Assembly: GCF_006345805.1 (NCBI RefSeq)
Contig: NC_043014.1
Span: 15,500,001-15,564,000, forward strand
Reading direction: 5' to 3'
DNA from: Octopus sinensis
Lineage: Eukaryota
Length of the DNA: 64,000 nucleotides
The stretch's first letter is position 1, and every line of letters begins with the position of its first letter. The notes below the pieces were generated by a model. That model searched no databases. It saw nothing but the letters and a program-made list of their open reading frames with translations, and was not told where the DNA came from. The position numbers and the translations under genes were made by a program. Below, piece by piece: positions 61,721 to 64,000 of this stretch.

Positions 61721-62243
61721 TGTAAACAGCATCATCGTTAACCATTTAATGAAGTCCATTCTTTTTTTTTATTTCCCCAAGATGGAATGTGCTAAATGAG
61801 AATACAGTAAATATGTCATTACTGCATGGGTTTTGGTACTTTGGCATTTCATCTTTGAATGCGTGTGAACCCCAGCCTTCTGCCACCACCACCACCACCA
61901 CTACCACCACCACCATAACTGAGCTAAAGAAAGGAAACCTTGAACTGATTACCCTCCCTATGATCAAAGAAGACTAACAATGATAAAACCTTGACCAGCC
62001 TGTAGTAGTTCTCTTTTTCAGACAGGACTATATTATCCATAGTGCCATTACTTTTCTTATATGCTTAAGGTTTAAAGCAGTGGTTCCCAAACTTTTTCAG
62101 GCTGCTGCCCCCTTGACACCCAGACCACATTCCTAGCGCCCCCACCCAAACTAACCATCACAAACATAGATCTCTTTCTGAAGCAAATTCAAAGCAACTG
62201 CATTTCACAAATAATCTTAACCCAATGAACCCATTGAGGAGGT

Positions 62244-62545
62244 GCAATGGCCCAGTGGTTAGGGCAGTAGACTCGCAGTCGGAGGATCGCAGTTTCGATT
62301 CCCAGGCCGGGCGTTGTGTGTGTTTATTAAGTGAAAGCACCTAAAGCACAACACGGCTCCAACAGGGGGTGGTGGCGACTCCTGTTGTACTCCTTCACCC
62401 CAACTTTCTCTTACTCTTTCTTCCTGTTTCTTGAGTAACACTACGATGGACTGGTGTACCGTCCAGCTGGGGGGAACACATACACCATAGAAACTGGAAA
62501 ACCGGGCCCATGAGCCTGGCTAGACTTGAAAAGGGTGCATAAATA
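62244..62545 (+). mobile_element. SINE family C variant
   Basis: tggcccagtggttaggg...gtttcgattccc; tail matches 51645-51890. Confidence 0.8.
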
Positions 62546-62805
62546 AATAATAAAAATGAACCCATTATTTTGTTGTTGCTACATGAATCACTCCCCCATT
62601 ATTGCCCCACTTTTTATATGAATCGCTACCCCATTATCACCTCACTTTTCTTCAATGCACCCTTAGAACTTTCCATGCAATGCTGCCCACTTTGGGAACA
62701 GCTAGTTTAAAGTACAGATGTTTTGCTGCTATTTCTAGCAGATTGAGCAACAAGCATGAGGCTCCCTCTTTGTCTCATGCTATTTGTCAGTTGTTATGGA
62801 GGCTA

Positions 62806-63186
62806 CATCATCATCATCATTGTTCGACCGTGGTCGAGACAATGGAATTTACTATGTTACGCCAGACTTCACGGTCCATCATAGCATTATGGTTGGATGG
62901 CGCTTCCACGAGAGATTTTGAGCTCTCATAAGGAGGCGAGTGTAGGTTCCATCCAACCGCCTCTCAAGCTTCTTTGATAATGTCCAGGTTTCTGAGCCAT
63001 ATAGTAGAATTGGTTCGACTGTGGCTTTGAATATTTCAAGTTTGAAGTCTCTACTTAGATTTGATGACCAGATCTTATGCATGTCATTATAGGCTGACCA
63101 AACCATACCCTTTCTAGTTAGAAAATCTTTTCCAGATGATGATATGTATGACCCAAGATATTTATAATCAGAAACCATATTTAAAG
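62806..63186 (-). pseudogene. RTE-like RT C-terminal fragment with internal deletion and (TGA)n tail
   Basis: YKYLGSYI, ILLYGSETWTL, then DREVWRNIVNS and tgatgatg. Confidence 0.85.
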
Positions 63187-64000
63187 GCGCACTGTTGAGA
63201 GTGTGGATGATGCAATCACTGTTGGACAGGCACTTGTTTATGGAGGCTACAGATGGTTGAGTGGATAGGGTAACAAAGAGCTAGCCCAAAGTCGACGGTT
63301 CATATCCTATTATCAGTACTGTATTATGTCTATGGTCAAAATATTTAACTCTTTTGATACCAATCTGCCCAAATCAGCCCCTGGTTTTATAGTACAAACT
63401 TTGTTTTAAATTAACACCTCCTATTATAATTTCTTGTTAACTTATCTTCCAAACACCTGCTTATTAGCATCAGAGTTATTTTACTAAATACTTCATTATT
63501 TCCAAAATTAATTGAAATAGAGACAGTTCTGTATTTTCCTGCATAAAAGTCAAATTTTTCAGACAAAAATTTACAGCCAAAAAAATGACAGGTCAACTTA
63601 TATATCAAGACAACTTTGGATTCCATAAGTTGTCTTGATTCCATAAAGATTCCATAAGAAATGCAGCAGGTTTTGGAAACATAGGGACAACATTTGGATG
63701 TTCACACTAAATTTATACTTTTTATACTATATTAACTTGTACACTGAAAAATATGGTATATCTTGACTGAAATGGTATGGTCTCGGGTTTGTGTTTCAAA
63801 CGATTTAGGTTCAATTCCAGTGGCTTTCAGTGTTGTTTTGAGTTGGTCCTTATATTATTGAAGAGGGTAGCCCCATGGTCTTTTTCTTGAAGTGAGCCCA
63901 CTGAATAAGACTTGGCATGGAAGTTTTAACTCTTCCATTCTTGTTATGTGTCCTGCAGCAAGAAGACGGTGTTTCATGATCAGTGATTTGATATTTTGAC

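Overview
Eukaryotic, AT-rich, repeat-saturated DNA, most likely Octopus (coleoid cephalopod). That assignment is inferred from recalled SINE families and the very dense (AT)n/(CA)n/(GAT)n/(TAA)n tracts. No host protein-coding gene could be recognised; most ORF-track entries are microsatellite read-throughs. Identifiable coding remnants are all transposon-derived: an R4/Dong-type RLE non-LTR tail in (TAA)n, a Penelope-like RT, five RTE-clade LINE pieces, maT and mariner transposases (one mariner with both TIRs) and an hAT(m)-like transposase. There are also three abundant SINE families, several MITEs and a tRNA-Lys pseudogene. The main unexpected signal is a set of type I hammerhead ribozyme (HHR) motifs read by eye. 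Two ~350-bp tandem-repeat families (14.9-16.2 kb and 21.1-22.2 kb) look like non-LTR retrozymes and sit in (AT)n tracts on either side of an RTE LINE, with a chimeric junction between them. Several fold-back elements carry HHRs at their centre, and one tRNA-headed SINE has an HHR-like tail. Across these families the catalytic 3-8 pair occurs as C-G, U-A and G-C. Coordinates were counted by hand and element ends are approximate. No folding program or database search was run.
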